A stretch of 64,000 bases of DNA from Lentimicrobiaceae bacterium (GTDB lineage: Bacteria; Bacteroidota; Bacteroidia; Bacteroidales; F082). Under the pieces are notes generated by a model, which was not told the DNA's origin, made no database searches, and saw only the letters and a program-made list of their open reading frames with translations. The stretch lies in assembly GCA_018661505.1 (NCBI GenBank), contig JABJIE010000015.1, forward strand, positions 8,424 through 72,423, given 5' to 3'. The stretch's first letter is position 1, and each line of letters starts with the position of its first letter. Made by a program: the position numbers and the translations under genes. Positions 18,922 through 28,153 of the stretch are shown piece by piece.

Positions 18922-21015
18922 ATGTCCAAGAATTTATATATAGCTGGAGCAGAAACTGAGGCTGGAAAATCAATGATAGTTTTGGGAATAATGGAATTTC
19001 TGTCAAGGCACATTAAAAAAATAGGATTTTTTCGTCCCATAGTTAGATCCGGAACAGAAATAGATAATCATATTAGATTAATATCTGAGAGGTATAGCTT
19101 AAAGCTTGAGTATAATTCTATGTATGGTTTAACAAGCGATGAAATGTTAGAATTTCATCAAAATGGCGATATTGATAGCGTATACTCCGTAATAGTTGAT
19201 AAATACAAAGCACTGGAGCAAAGCTGTGACTTTGTGCTTGTGGAGGGTAGTGATTTTCGCAGTCACTTAAGTAAATATGAGTTTGATTTTAATTTAAAGG
19301 TTGCAAATAACCTTGGGTGTCCCATAATATCAATAATTAGTGGTTACAATAAAGATGTGTCTGAAGTTTCAGAATCAATACAGATTATGAGACGGATGAT
19401 CCAAGATGAGAAGTGCAAAGAGCTTGGAACAATAGTAAATAGAGCTAGACCCGATGACATTCCTGAAATTAAAAAACTTCTAGTTAAAAATATGCAAGAT
19501 GACAGCATCAACTTTGTGATACCTGAGGAGAAATTTCTGCAAAAGCTTACAATGCGTCAGATAAAGGATGGTATTAATGCAAAACATATTTATGGTGATA
19601 ATCATAGTTTGAACTATGATGTTTCAGAATTTAAGGTTGCTGCCATGAATATTAACAATGTTTTAAATAATATTTCAGATGGAACATTAATTATAACACC
19701 AGGAGATAGGGTTGATATTTTATTAGGATTATCGATGGCATTATTATCGGATAATTTTCCTAAAATAGCAGGAATATTGCTAACCTGTGGGATAGAACCT
19801 GAAGATCAGATAAAACAACTAATATTTGGATTAAAAAAACTACCTATTTCGCTCTTATCCGTAAATGAAGATACCTTTACGGCAGCAGCAAATGTTAACA
19901 AGGTAAGGCCGTTATTGTTGCCGGAAAATGAACAACGACTGGCTACTGCATTAGGGTTATTCGAGGATTATGTGAATATCAAAGAACTTCAGGACAAAAT
20001 ATCAATTTCAAGATCAGATGTTCTAACTCCTGTTATGTTTGAATATTATCTGTTTAATAGAGCTAGGTTGAATCGTAAGCATATTGTTTTACCCGAAGGT
20101 AGTGATGATAGAGTATTACATGCAGCTGGTATATTACTAAAAAGAAATGTTGTTGATATTACTTTATTGGGTAATGAGGATGACATATACAGAAGAGCCT
20201 CCGAGCTTAGAGTAAATCTAAAGGGAGCATCCATTATTGATCCATTTGATAATGATCTAATAGGGGATTATGCAGCAACATATTATAAATTACGCAAACA
20301 AAAAGGAATTACTAAGGAGCAGGCAAAAGAGCTCATGTATGATGTTAGCTATTTAGGAACAATGATGGTTTATAAAGGCCATGCTGACGGAATGGTTTCG
20401 GGAGCATCTCATACAACACTCCATACCATCAGACCTGCCTTTGAATTTGTAAAAACAAAACCGGGAATATCAATTGTGTCAAGCTCATTCCTAATGTGTT
20501 TAGAAGATCGAGTATTGGTATATGGTGACTGTGCAGTAAATCCTAATCCCAATGCTGAGCAACTTGCAGATATTGCAATAAGTTCATCTGAAACCGCAAA
20601 AATGTTTGGTATCGAACCAAGAATAGCAATGTTGTCATATTCAACTGGGAAATCGGGAAAAGGTGCTGATGTTGAAAAAGTTAGGAAGGCCACAGAAATT
20701 GTCCGCAAGCGAAGGCCAGACTTAAAAACCGAGGGGCCAATACAGTATGATGCAGCAGTTGATAAGAATGTTGCAAAAACAAAAATTCCCACCAGTGATG
20801 TAGCGGGTAAGGCTACCATATTTATTTTTCCTGATTTAAATACTGGAAATAACACTTATAAGGCAGTTCAGCGTTCTGCAAATGTAGTTGCGATTGGTCC
20901 TATTTTGCAAGGACTAAATAAACCCGTAAATGATCTAAGCCGAGGTTGCCTTGTGGCAGATATTGTAAATACTGTGGTTATAACAGCAATACAGGCTCAA
21001 GAAGAAGTCACTTAA
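18922..21015 (+). CDS. pta: Phosphate acetyltransferase, long form (CobQ/DRTGG N-terminal domains + PTA_PTB catalytic domain)
   Basis: 697 aa. The C-terminal half carries HIVLPEG.D.RVL.AA, GMVSGA.HTT, and ADIAISS...FGIEPRIAMLSYSTG.SG.G. Confidence 0.95.
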   Translation: MSKNLYIAGAETEAGKSMIVLGIMEFLSRHIKKIGFFRPIVRSGTEIDNHIRLISERYSLKLEYNSMYGLTSDEMLEFHQNGDIDSVYSVIVDKYKALEQSCDFVLVEGSDFRSHLSKYEFDFNLKVANNLGCPIISIISGYNKDVSEVSESIQIMRRMIQDEKCKELGTIVNRARPDDIPEIKKLLVKNMQDDSINFVIPEEKFLQKLTMRQIKDGINAKHIYGDNHSLNYDVSEFKVAAMNINNVLNNISDGTLIITPGDRVDILLGLSMALLSDNFPKIAGILLTCGIEPEDQIKQLIFGLKKLPISLLSVNEDTFTAAANVNKVRPLLLPENEQRLATALGLFEDYVNIKELQDKISISRSDVLTPVMFEYYLFNRARLNRKHIVLPEGSDDRVLHAAGILLKRNVVDITLLGNEDDIYRRASELRVNLKGASIIDPFDNDLIGDYAATYYKLRKQKGITKEQAKELMYDVSYLGTMMVYKGHADGMVSGASHTTLHTIRPAFEFVKTKPGISIVSSSFLMCLEDRVLVYGDCAVNPNPNAEQLADIAISSSETAKMFGIEPRIAMLSYSTGKSGKGADVEKVRKATEIVRKRRPDLKTEGPIQYDAAVDKNVAKTKIPTSDVAGKATIFIFPDLNTGNNTYKAVQRSANVVAIGPILQGLNKPVNDLSRGCLVADIVNTVVITAIQAQEEVT

Positions 21016-21020
21016 CTATA

Positions 21021-21056
21021 AAGCTTGCAAAAATTATTAAATATTTTTGCAAGCTT
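21021..21056. terminator. Perfect 14-bp-stem hairpin between the convergent pta and DUF5684 genes
   Basis: AAGCTTGCAAAAAT (21021-21034) pairs with ATTTTTGCAAGCTT (21043-21056). It starts 5 nt after the pta stop. Confidence 0.55.
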
Positions 21057-21069
21057 ATATTATATGCAA

Positions 21070-21459
21070 TTACATCACAATTGTTTTACCTCCTGCAGGT
21101 CCAATATATTCAGCATTACTGAATGCAAGTATTGGATAGAAAATAAAACTTAAAAATATTAATCCTAAGGTAAACCCAATGCCCTTGCCAAAACTCAGCG
21201 AGAGCAGGTTTGATAACCATATACTAATGATTAAATTAATACCCGGAATAAAAAATAATAATATCCACCACCATGGTTTTCCCACAATTTTTAATAATAC
21301 GAGTCCACTGTATATAGGTATTATTGCTGCCCAACCAGGTTTTCCGGCTTTTTCAAAAATTCTCCAATAAACGAAAACATAAAAAACAACTAATGCCAAA
21401 ATTATGAATACATATGAACCATTTCCAAGTCCTTCATAATTAGTAAAATCTTGATCCAT
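21070..21459 (-). CDS. Small integral membrane protein (DUF5684-like)
   Basis: Start moved to the internal Met (MDQDF...). Contains the WRIFEKAGKPGWAAIIP...KIVGKPWWW motif and 3-4 TM helices. Confidence 0.6.
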   Translation of the reverse strand: MDQDFTNYEGLGNGSYVFIILALVVFYVFVYWRIFEKAGKPGWAAIIPIYSGLVLLKIVGKPWWWILLFFIPGINLIISIWLSNLLSLSFGKGIGFTLGLIFLSFIFYPILAFSNAEYIGPAGGKTIVM

Positions 21460-21530
21460 GATATATAGATGTTGGTTAAGAACCAAAAGTAACGAAAATA
21501 AATTATAATGAAAATGGGTGAAATATTCTG

Positions 21531-22343
21531 CTACATCATTTTAAGAATATTAATCTCTTTTTCTTCAAGAAACCTCCATCTTCCTCTGGGTAAATCTTTC
21601 TTTGTTAATCCAGCAAACATTACTCTATCGAGTTTTATAACATTATGGCCAACATGTTCAAAAAGACGCCTCACAATGCGATTCTTTCCAGAGTGCAGTT
21701 CAATGCCAATATGTTTTTTATTTACTTCGTCAGTTACCCAGTTAATGTTATCTGGTTTTATAAAACCATCCTCAAGTTCTACCCCTTCCATAATTCTCAA
21801 TAAATTGTTCTTTGAAAGAGGTTGGTCCAGCACTACATGATATAATTTTTTAACTCCATTGCTAGGATGTGTAAGCTTTGTTGTTAATTCACCATCATTC
21901 GTAAATAGAATAAGACCCGTGGTGTTTCTGTCGAGTCTGCCAACAGAATAAATTCTTTCCGGACATGCCTTTTCAATCAATTGCATAACTGTTTTTCTAT
22001 CATGAGGATCATCGGATGTGCTGATAAAACCTTTGGGTTTATTAAGCAATACATACCTCAACTTTTCCCCCTTCAATAATTTACCTTTGTAAGTAATTTT
22101 ATCCGATGGATTAACCTTTATACCTTGACGGGAAGCAATTTCACCATTAATATAAATTTCACCATTATCTATTAGTTTATCAGCTTCTCTTCGTGAACAA
22201 ATGCCAGCATCTGCAATATATTTATTTAACCTAACGAGCTTAGGTTTATTGCTATCTACTTCGGCATTGGCTTTTTCAGCAGCTTTAACATTGGATGAAG
22301 ATCCTTTTTTAGGATCTTTTAATTTTCTTGGGCTTTTCTTCAT
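21531..22343 (-). CDS. rRNA pseudouridine synthase, RsuA/RluB family
   Basis: 270 aa. Basic N-terminal tail, S4 domain (RLNKYIADAGICSRREADKLI) and the catalytic RLDRNTTGLILFTNDGEL. Confidence 0.9.
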   Translation of the reverse strand: MKKSPRKLKDPKKGSSSNVKAAEKANAEVDSNKPKLVRLNKYIADAGICSRREADKLIDNGEIYINGEIASRQGIKVNPSDKITYKGKLLKGEKLRYVLLNKPKGFISTSDDPHDRKTVMQLIEKACPERIYSVGRLDRNTTGLILFTNDGELTTKLTHPSNGVKKLYHVVLDQPLSKNNLLRIMEGVELEDGFIKPDNINWVTDEVNKKHIGIELHSGKNRIVRRLFEHVGHNVIKLDRVMFAGLTKKDLPRGRWRFLEEKEINILKMM

Positions 22344-22508
22344 TATTCCAACGTAGATATAGAGTTAAAATTTTTGCAAATATCTCATTATTTGGCCTTG
22401 AATCAAAATATAATAAAACGCATAACTTTAAATGCTATTAACTTATTTATTTTAAACTTTTTCATATCACTTTAAAAACATAAAGTACACCCATTACTTT
22501 AGATATTT

Positions 22509-24794
22509 CTATCTAATAATCATTTTTTTATAAGTAGTTTTTCCGTTAATGGTTATCGAATAAAAGTATAACCCACTAGGTATATTAGTTCTATTCCAAT
22601 TAAATGAATGTTCACCAGCAGGTAACCTTGTATTTACTAATGTTGCAACTTTTTTACCAATCGTATTCCAAATATTTAGCTTAACAAAATTTGTTTCGGG
22701 AATAATTAAATCAATATTTGTATAATCGTCAAATGGATTGGGGTAATTTTGTTTTAATTCGAAAGCGATATTATTTGAGATAACATCATTTAACCCTGTA
22801 ATTAGATCTGTATTTTCAGCACTAAATGTTGGTAGCATCAGGATGAAATCTCCAGTTCCATTTACAAACCTTCCAAAAGTTGTATCTGGATATTGTTGTG
22901 TAAAGGTGATCTCATCAATTACACTCATATCATTGTCTGAAAGAATAATAACCTCTCCCGAGGCAGACAATTTGAAATTTGCATGTAATCCACTTTGATC
23001 ATCGTCCTTATCACACCAAACAATCAAATATCCTCCAGCTGTTATTGTAGTATCAGGAAAAACCCACTGATCAGGTTCAGAGCTATCATCTGACAGGTAA
23101 TAACCATTTAAACTAATGTCAGTATTTCCATTATTGAAAAATTCTATCCAATCATCAAATTCTCCATCTTGATCTACCACAGTGCTTTCATTATCTGCCA
23201 TAAACTCATTAATTACCATTATGCCACTAACCTCAACGGTATAATATTCATATTCGGCTCTTGCTGGTGAAAAAGAGACAGCATTTGAGTTTTCAGCATA
23301 AATATAATATTGAATATTGGTTGATCCAGTGTTAAGGGATACTCCATAAATACCATCACCTGCCTGTCCATCTTCATGGTTTCCATCATCAAACATTGGA
23401 ATTTTTTCAAATAACCCATATAATCCTGTTCTGTGTGACAGGAATACATCAGTTTCATTTGTTACACTTGCATTAAACCAAACTTCATTATTTGGAGCAG
23501 CTGATTCCGGTGAGTGAGATACACTGGAAATTTCTGGCCCATCATACTGAAACTCCTGAAGGGAGTTAAGATAATCAGTTCTAGCATCCATAAGCTGAAC
23601 AATGCCTATAACTCCCATGGGGCCACCACCCACTTGATTATAAATATTACTTATAAAATTTGCATAGCTGTAAAATTTATTTTGATCTGCCTGGACATCA
23701 TCATCAATAATATCCTGAATTTGCAAAGCTCTGGTTTCATATAGGTTATTGTCAAAATATTCCTCTATGATTGTTTTCATGTGAGCAACATATATTTTTC
23801 TATATGTATCATTAGTTAATATCTTACTTATAATAGGAAATTCACTTTCATAAAGGTTAGCGAGAGGACTAAGCTGCTGTGCTTGAGTAGTGTTGAGGTT
23901 ACCCAATGTTTGATGCATCCTGAACCCTCCAAAGCTTTCGTTAAGGTCCCATAATACTGGTCTGAATCGTCCATTATCGCCCTTGTACAAGTAATAATTT
24001 TGTGGATTATTAATCGGGCCATCCAAATTTACAAGAAGATTTGAAAAAGCTATAAACCACAGATGATTGTCAATGTTCAAAAGCTGATCAACATTATTGT
24101 TGTGATTATTAAGAGTATCTAAAAAATTAATTAACTCTTCCCATCCGTAATCGGATTTCATATCATAAAGATTATAATAGCTAGTTGAGTCTTCACCGTA
24201 GTAATCCCATACACCACCTGTTGGTGGTCCACCACCGGAGGTAATTTCACCTTTTATCCTTGTGTTTTCATCACTTCCAAAATGAGTTCTCATAAAGTGC
24301 TTATCCACATTCTGGTCATTGGTATATAATCCAAGGTGTGTTCCATTTATATATACATTGGCAAAATTTGATAATCCTGCTGCCATATAATTTCTGGCCA
24401 TCTCGTAGGTTAATACCTCTCTTACAAAGGATGGATCTTTAAAGCAGTTGGCAAGCTTCAATGTTCCATAACCTTCAATTAGCTGATCATCGATTATATG
24501 GTCAAGCTTGATGTTAAGTGGGTTTTTTACCTGATTGGGACTATAGGTACTATTTCCTTTATATCTTACACCAACACTGTCAAAAAACTGTCCATTAAGC
24601 ACAACGGTTCCGATAAGTCTTTCTTCTTGGCCAGCAGCTACAAGCTGATCTAGCAAGTAGTCCCAGTTTGATTCTTCAAATGTTATTTCTATTGAGTTAA
24701 TCGTATTGATGTCATAAAAATTCTGACTTTGAACAAATGACGAAAAACCAGCAATTGTTATTAATATGAATAAATATTTTTTCATGATTTTCAT
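22509..24794 (-). CDS. Secreted CotH-family (atypical kinase fold) protein with a lamin-tail domain and a T9SS C-terminal sorting domain
   Basis: 761 aa with a signal peptide. CotH blocks (NIKLDHIIDD..., NYYLYKGDNGRFRPVLWDLNESFGG). LTD (VINEFMADNES...DWIEFFNNGNTDISLNGYYLSDD). CTD (QNYPNPFDDYTNIDL...GLYFYSITINGKTTYKKMIIR). Confidence 0.85.
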   Translation of the reverse strand: MKIMKKYLFILITIAGFSSFVQSQNFYDINTINSIEITFEESNWDYLLDQLVAAGQEERLIGTVVLNGQFFDSVGVRYKGNSTYSPNQVKNPLNIKLDHIIDDQLIEGYGTLKLANCFKDPSFVREVLTYEMARNYMAAGLSNFANVYINGTHLGLYTNDQNVDKHFMRTHFGSDENTRIKGEITSGGGPPTGGVWDYYGEDSTSYYNLYDMKSDYGWEELINFLDTLNNHNNNVDQLLNIDNHLWFIAFSNLLVNLDGPINNPQNYYLYKGDNGRFRPVLWDLNESFGGFRMHQTLGNLNTTQAQQLSPLANLYESEFPIISKILTNDTYRKIYVAHMKTIIEEYFDNNLYETRALQIQDIIDDDVQADQNKFYSYANFISNIYNQVGGGPMGVIGIVQLMDARTDYLNSLQEFQYDGPEISSVSHSPESAAPNNEVWFNASVTNETDVFLSHRTGLYGLFEKIPMFDDGNHEDGQAGDGIYGVSLNTGSTNIQYYIYAENSNAVSFSPARAEYEYYTVEVSGIMVINEFMADNESTVVDQDGEFDDWIEFFNNGNTDISLNGYYLSDDSSEPDQWVFPDTTITAGGYLIVWCDKDDDQSGLHANFKLSASGEVIILSDNDMSVIDEITFTQQYPDTTFGRFVNGTGDFILMLPTFSAENTDLITGLNDVISNNIAFELKQNYPNPFDDYTNIDLIIPETNFVKLNIWNTIGKKVATLVNTRLPAGEHSFNWNRTNIPSGLYFYSITINGKTTYKKMIIR

Positions 24795-24850
24795 TTTTTA
24801 TTATGTAATACATATCACAAAAACATCCAGTCCTGCTAATATATTAAAGA

Positions 24851-26383
24851 TTATTGCTTAATAATATTCCGCCACATATAACCCGAGGAGTTCTTTATTG
24901 CTATTATATATATACCCCTTGGCAAATTATTAATGTTGACTTTGATTTCTTCATGCCCTGAAACATTTAATGTATACATAACTCTACCATTTATATCGGT
25001 TATTTTTATTTCACCATATTCCGAGGAGTTATTATTAATATATAAAATGTTATTTACGGGATTTGGATACACCTGTATATTGCTGTCATTAAAGCCATTC
25101 TCATTTAATCCAAGTGTTGTGTCTGCATCCCTTACCAAACGCACATAGTTAAAAATTCTAACCACATCACCCTGTGGACCGTGACCATATGGATAATTGT
25201 CAGGGTTACCTGTTTTTGGGTCGCTTCGCTGAGATCCCGCACCATGCACATCCAACAATACATAATTTCCTGAATTTGGCGGCATTTGCATCCACCCAAG
25301 TGCTTCTCCAAAACAAACATATGCTGCATTTCTACCTTCATTATTCTGAAACCAACTCACATGTGTTGTTCCACTCCAGTAAAATGGATAGTTCGTATTA
25401 CCTCCCTCATCAATTATTTCGGAACAGTTGAATATGGGGTCAATAGCTGGAGAGTTTGTTGTTGAAGGAGATCGCGTATAGTCAAGAATGCTTTGAAGTT
25501 CCTTTGTATTTGGTAAACGCCAGTTCGAATGGCCGGCAAAGTTCGTATTTTCGGCATAATCTAATGCATCTTCCCATATCATACCTGAACCATTATCATT
25601 CTTAGCCCACATTAATCCTGATGATCTATCTGTAACAGTCCCATTACCATTATCCTGATAATCATTAGATCCATATCCTGTATCACCACGAACGTACATA
25701 ACATAAAATTGTTTATCCTCATTTTGACCAGGTAATGGACCTGTTGGATAACCTTTTATTCTGCCATCTGCAAAATTCACACCAAACATGGTGTGGTCTC
25801 CCATCATAGTTGTTCCGACATAAATAGTTGAAGAGGCCATTTGTGCATCTATAATTCTTTCGCCTGCATTTTGATCGCCATAGGCAAAATCAAAGTAACC
25901 CGTGTCTATAAACGGAATTAAATCATCGGTTGAAGTACCAGTATATCCGCTCGGGTCTACACCACTGAAAATTATTAATGAATACAATTCTTTTATGTTA
26001 GGCAGCCGCCAGTCTGTGTATCCGGCAAGATCAAATGATGTAACAGCTTCAATAGCTTCAAAGTAAGACATTTTATCATCATAATCAATATCACCATCAC
26101 CATCCATATCAGGACTTTTTTGCCACATAAGGCCTGTTACTAGATCCGTAACAGTTCCGTTTTCATTGTCCAAATAACTTGGTACATAGCCTGTATAATT
26201 TGCATCCTGACCGAAGAAAATATCTCCATTAGAAGGTGGCACTATTTGGATAATTGTATCATAGAATTTTTGCTGGTCTGTATCAACAATAGGGTGGTCA
26301 ATTGTTTTTTGTGCAAATGATTCATGCATCTGAAATAGAACAATTATCAGAGCAATTAATATGTAAGATATTCTTTTCTTCAT
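24851..26383 (-). CDS. Secreted DUF1566 (Lcl C-terminal-like) repeat protein with a T9SS C-terminal sorting domain
   Basis: Start placed at the internal Met (MKKRISYILIALIIVLF). Two DUF1566-type units (TGLMWQKS...WRLPNIKELYSL; SGLMWAKN...WRLPNTKELQSIL). CTD (VYPNPVNNILYI...GIYIIAIKNS). Confidence 0.8.
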   Translation of the reverse strand: MKKRISYILIALIIVLFQMHESFAQKTIDHPIVDTDQQKFYDTIIQIVPPSNGDIFFGQDANYTGYVPSYLDNENGTVTDLVTGLMWQKSPDMDGDGDIDYDDKMSYFEAIEAVTSFDLAGYTDWRLPNIKELYSLIIFSGVDPSGYTGTSTDDLIPFIDTGYFDFAYGDQNAGERIIDAQMASSTIYVGTTMMGDHTMFGVNFADGRIKGYPTGPLPGQNEDKQFYVMYVRGDTGYGSNDYQDNGNGTVTDRSSGLMWAKNDNGSGMIWEDALDYAENTNFAGHSNWRLPNTKELQSILDYTRSPSTTNSPAIDPIFNCSEIIDEGGNTNYPFYWSGTTHVSWFQNNEGRNAAYVCFGEALGWMQMPPNSGNYVLLDVHGAGSQRSDPKTGNPDNYPYGHGPQGDVVRIFNYVRLVRDADTTLGLNENGFNDSNIQVYPNPVNNILYINNNSSEYGEIKITDINGRVMYTLNVSGHEEIKVNINNLPRGIYIIAIKNSSGYMWRNIIKQ

Positions 26384-26689
26384 ATTTAGTTTTTCTTTAA
26401 AGTTAAATACTTTTTGATTTGATGTCAAATAACATAATAATTATAACGCAAATAAAATAAAATTAACGTTTAGGTATATAACATCAAAGAAAAGGACAGA
26501 ACTATCAATATATTTAAAATAGTAAACCATAATTACACCGTCAATAGTGATAATTAACCCCAATTACATTAAGAGTTAAAATATGATTGGTCAACCCTTT
26601 TAATGATAATAAAATTGTTAGTAATACATTAATGTATGGTACTTTGAAAATGTTTGATTTATTTTGTCTAAACAAAACATTATACTGCC

Positions 26690-27061
26690 ATGAAAATGCA
26701 AATTAGTTACTACGAAAGAATAGGAGAGGAAAATATAAAGAAACTCATACATGACTTTTATACTGAGATAAAAAAAGATAAACTACTATCACCAATGTAT
26801 AAAGGCGATTTTGAAGGTGCTGAGGAAAGACTATTTCTATTTATGATACAGTATTTGGGTGGTCCAACCATCTATAACGAGCAAAGAGGACATCCGCGTT
26901 TACGAATACGTCATGTAACTTTCCCTGTTAATGATAATGCAAAGAAAAACTGGCTTAATAATATGAAGATTGCTCTTGATAAATCAGAGATTGGTGACTC
27001 TGAAAAAGAATTCCTTTGGAGTTATTTCCAACAAACTGCCGAATTTTTGAAAAATAAATGA
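26690..27061 (+). CDS. Group II truncated hemoglobin (YjbI/trHbO-like globin)
   Basis: 123 aa. YERIGGE-like 'YERIGEENIKKLIHDFY', 'FLFMIQYLGGPTIYNEQRGHPRLRIRHVTFPV'. Confidence 0.85.
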   Translation: MKMQISYYERIGEENIKKLIHDFYTEIKKDKLLSPMYKGDFEGAEERLFLFMIQYLGGPTIYNEQRGHPRLRIRHVTFPVNDNAKKNWLNNMKIALDKSEIGDSEKEFLWSYFQQTAEFLKNK

Positions 27062-27110
27062 TGCATTATCATTAGGATAGAAAAGAACTTTACAATAAAT
27101 ACATCTTCAG

Positions 27111-27962
27111 CTAATTAGATCGAGCATCTTTTTTTATTAGACTAGGTGAATATGCAAAGAAATAATCACCTTCTCTATTGAAGGTGTCAAGTTGAAATGC
27201 CATTGCCTTATCGTGCGAATGTCCTTTTGAATCACCCAAAAGGGCTTTTACATTGGCTCTTTCATAATATGCAACCACATGTCTATCATCTATGTAAATG
27301 GCAGAATTCAATAACCTTATGGCTTTTCGCAAATCAGAATTACTTGGATTATTTTCTTTTTTTGAAAGTATTTGTGCTTGTGTTATAAGGTAATCCAATA
27401 GTCTTTTATCATTTATAATTGATATTGTCGATTCATCAGAGTTAAAGTAGTCAGCATTATCAAAATAAATCTCCAATAGACTATTTGATGCATCTTTAAA
27501 ACTAGGACATATTGAAAGGCACTCCAAATAGAAATTAATTGCATCATCGGTATTTCTAGATTTGTAATGTGCATTTCCAAGGTTGTAATAAACCAAATGA
27601 TTGTTCATGCCTTTTATTAGAGCTTTGGAATAGTTTATTATTGCCTTGTCATATTCTCCAAGGTGATAGTTGGTAACACCAAGATGAAAATATGAATCGA
27701 TAGAGTCGGAATTTAAATAGATAGCTTTTTTGAAACTTATCTTTGCCGATTCATATTCGCTTAACATCAACAAAGAAAGAGCATATGAATACCAACCAAA
27801 CTCAACCTCTGGATAAATGGTCATCATATTTTGACTAGCCTTGAGAAGACTTGTCCAGTTTTTGTCTTTGGTAAATGACTTTAAAGCATGTCTCATCTCA
27901 AAAAAAGGATGACCATCTTTCAGAATCCTGATTTCTTCATTCCTATCATTACCAATACTCAT
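27111..27962 (-). CDS. Tetratricopeptide-repeat protein
   Basis: 283 aa. Repeated 34-aa A/Y/L patterns (YSYALSLLMLSEYESAKISFKKAIYLN, YFHLGVTNYHLGEYDKAIINYSKAL, YYNLGNAHYKSRNTDDAINFYLECL). Confidence 0.7.
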   Translation of the reverse strand: MSIGNDRNEEIRILKDGHPFFEMRHALKSFTKDKNWTSLLKASQNMMTIYPEVEFGWYSYALSLLMLSEYESAKISFKKAIYLNSDSIDSYFHLGVTNYHLGEYDKAIINYSKALIKGMNNHLVYYNLGNAHYKSRNTDDAINFYLECLSICPSFKDASNSLLEIYFDNADYFNSDESTISIINDKRLLDYLITQAQILSKKENNPSNSDLRKAIRLLNSAIYIDDRHVVAYYERANVKALLGDSKGHSHDKAMAFQLDTFNREGDYFFAYSPSLIKKDARSN

Positions 27963-28116
27963 CTATGATGTGCTCTAATTTAAGTTAAAAGCTTGTGTTC
28001 TACAAAGATAAAAATAATAAAATGACCTTAAGTAGTTGTTAATTAGCATTTAATATATTCAACATAAAATTTATTATTATGTAATTTGGATGCCAGAATA
28101 GCAGTTTAAATTAATT

Positions 28117-28148
28117 ATATCGTTATCTTTGCAAAGATATAACGATAT
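28117..28148. promoter_or_regulatory. 32-bp near-perfect palindrome overlapping the Moco-operon promoter; candidate operator for the ModE-N-like regulator
   Basis: ATATCGTTAT (28117-28126) and ATAACGATAT (28139-28148) are exact reverse complements. The spacer CTTTGCAAAGAT holds a second palindrome and forms the -7 box TATCTTTG (28124-28131). The element ends 6 nt before the moeA GTG. Confidence 0.45.
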
Positions 28149-28153
28149 GTATT

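Noticed and set aside
27963-28153. Possible Moco riboswitch upstream of moeA
   Set aside because: The -7 box lies only about 23 nt before the start codon, which leaves no room for a roughly 130-nt aptamer. I also see no conserved Moco-motif helices. The palindrome looks like a DNA operator instead.
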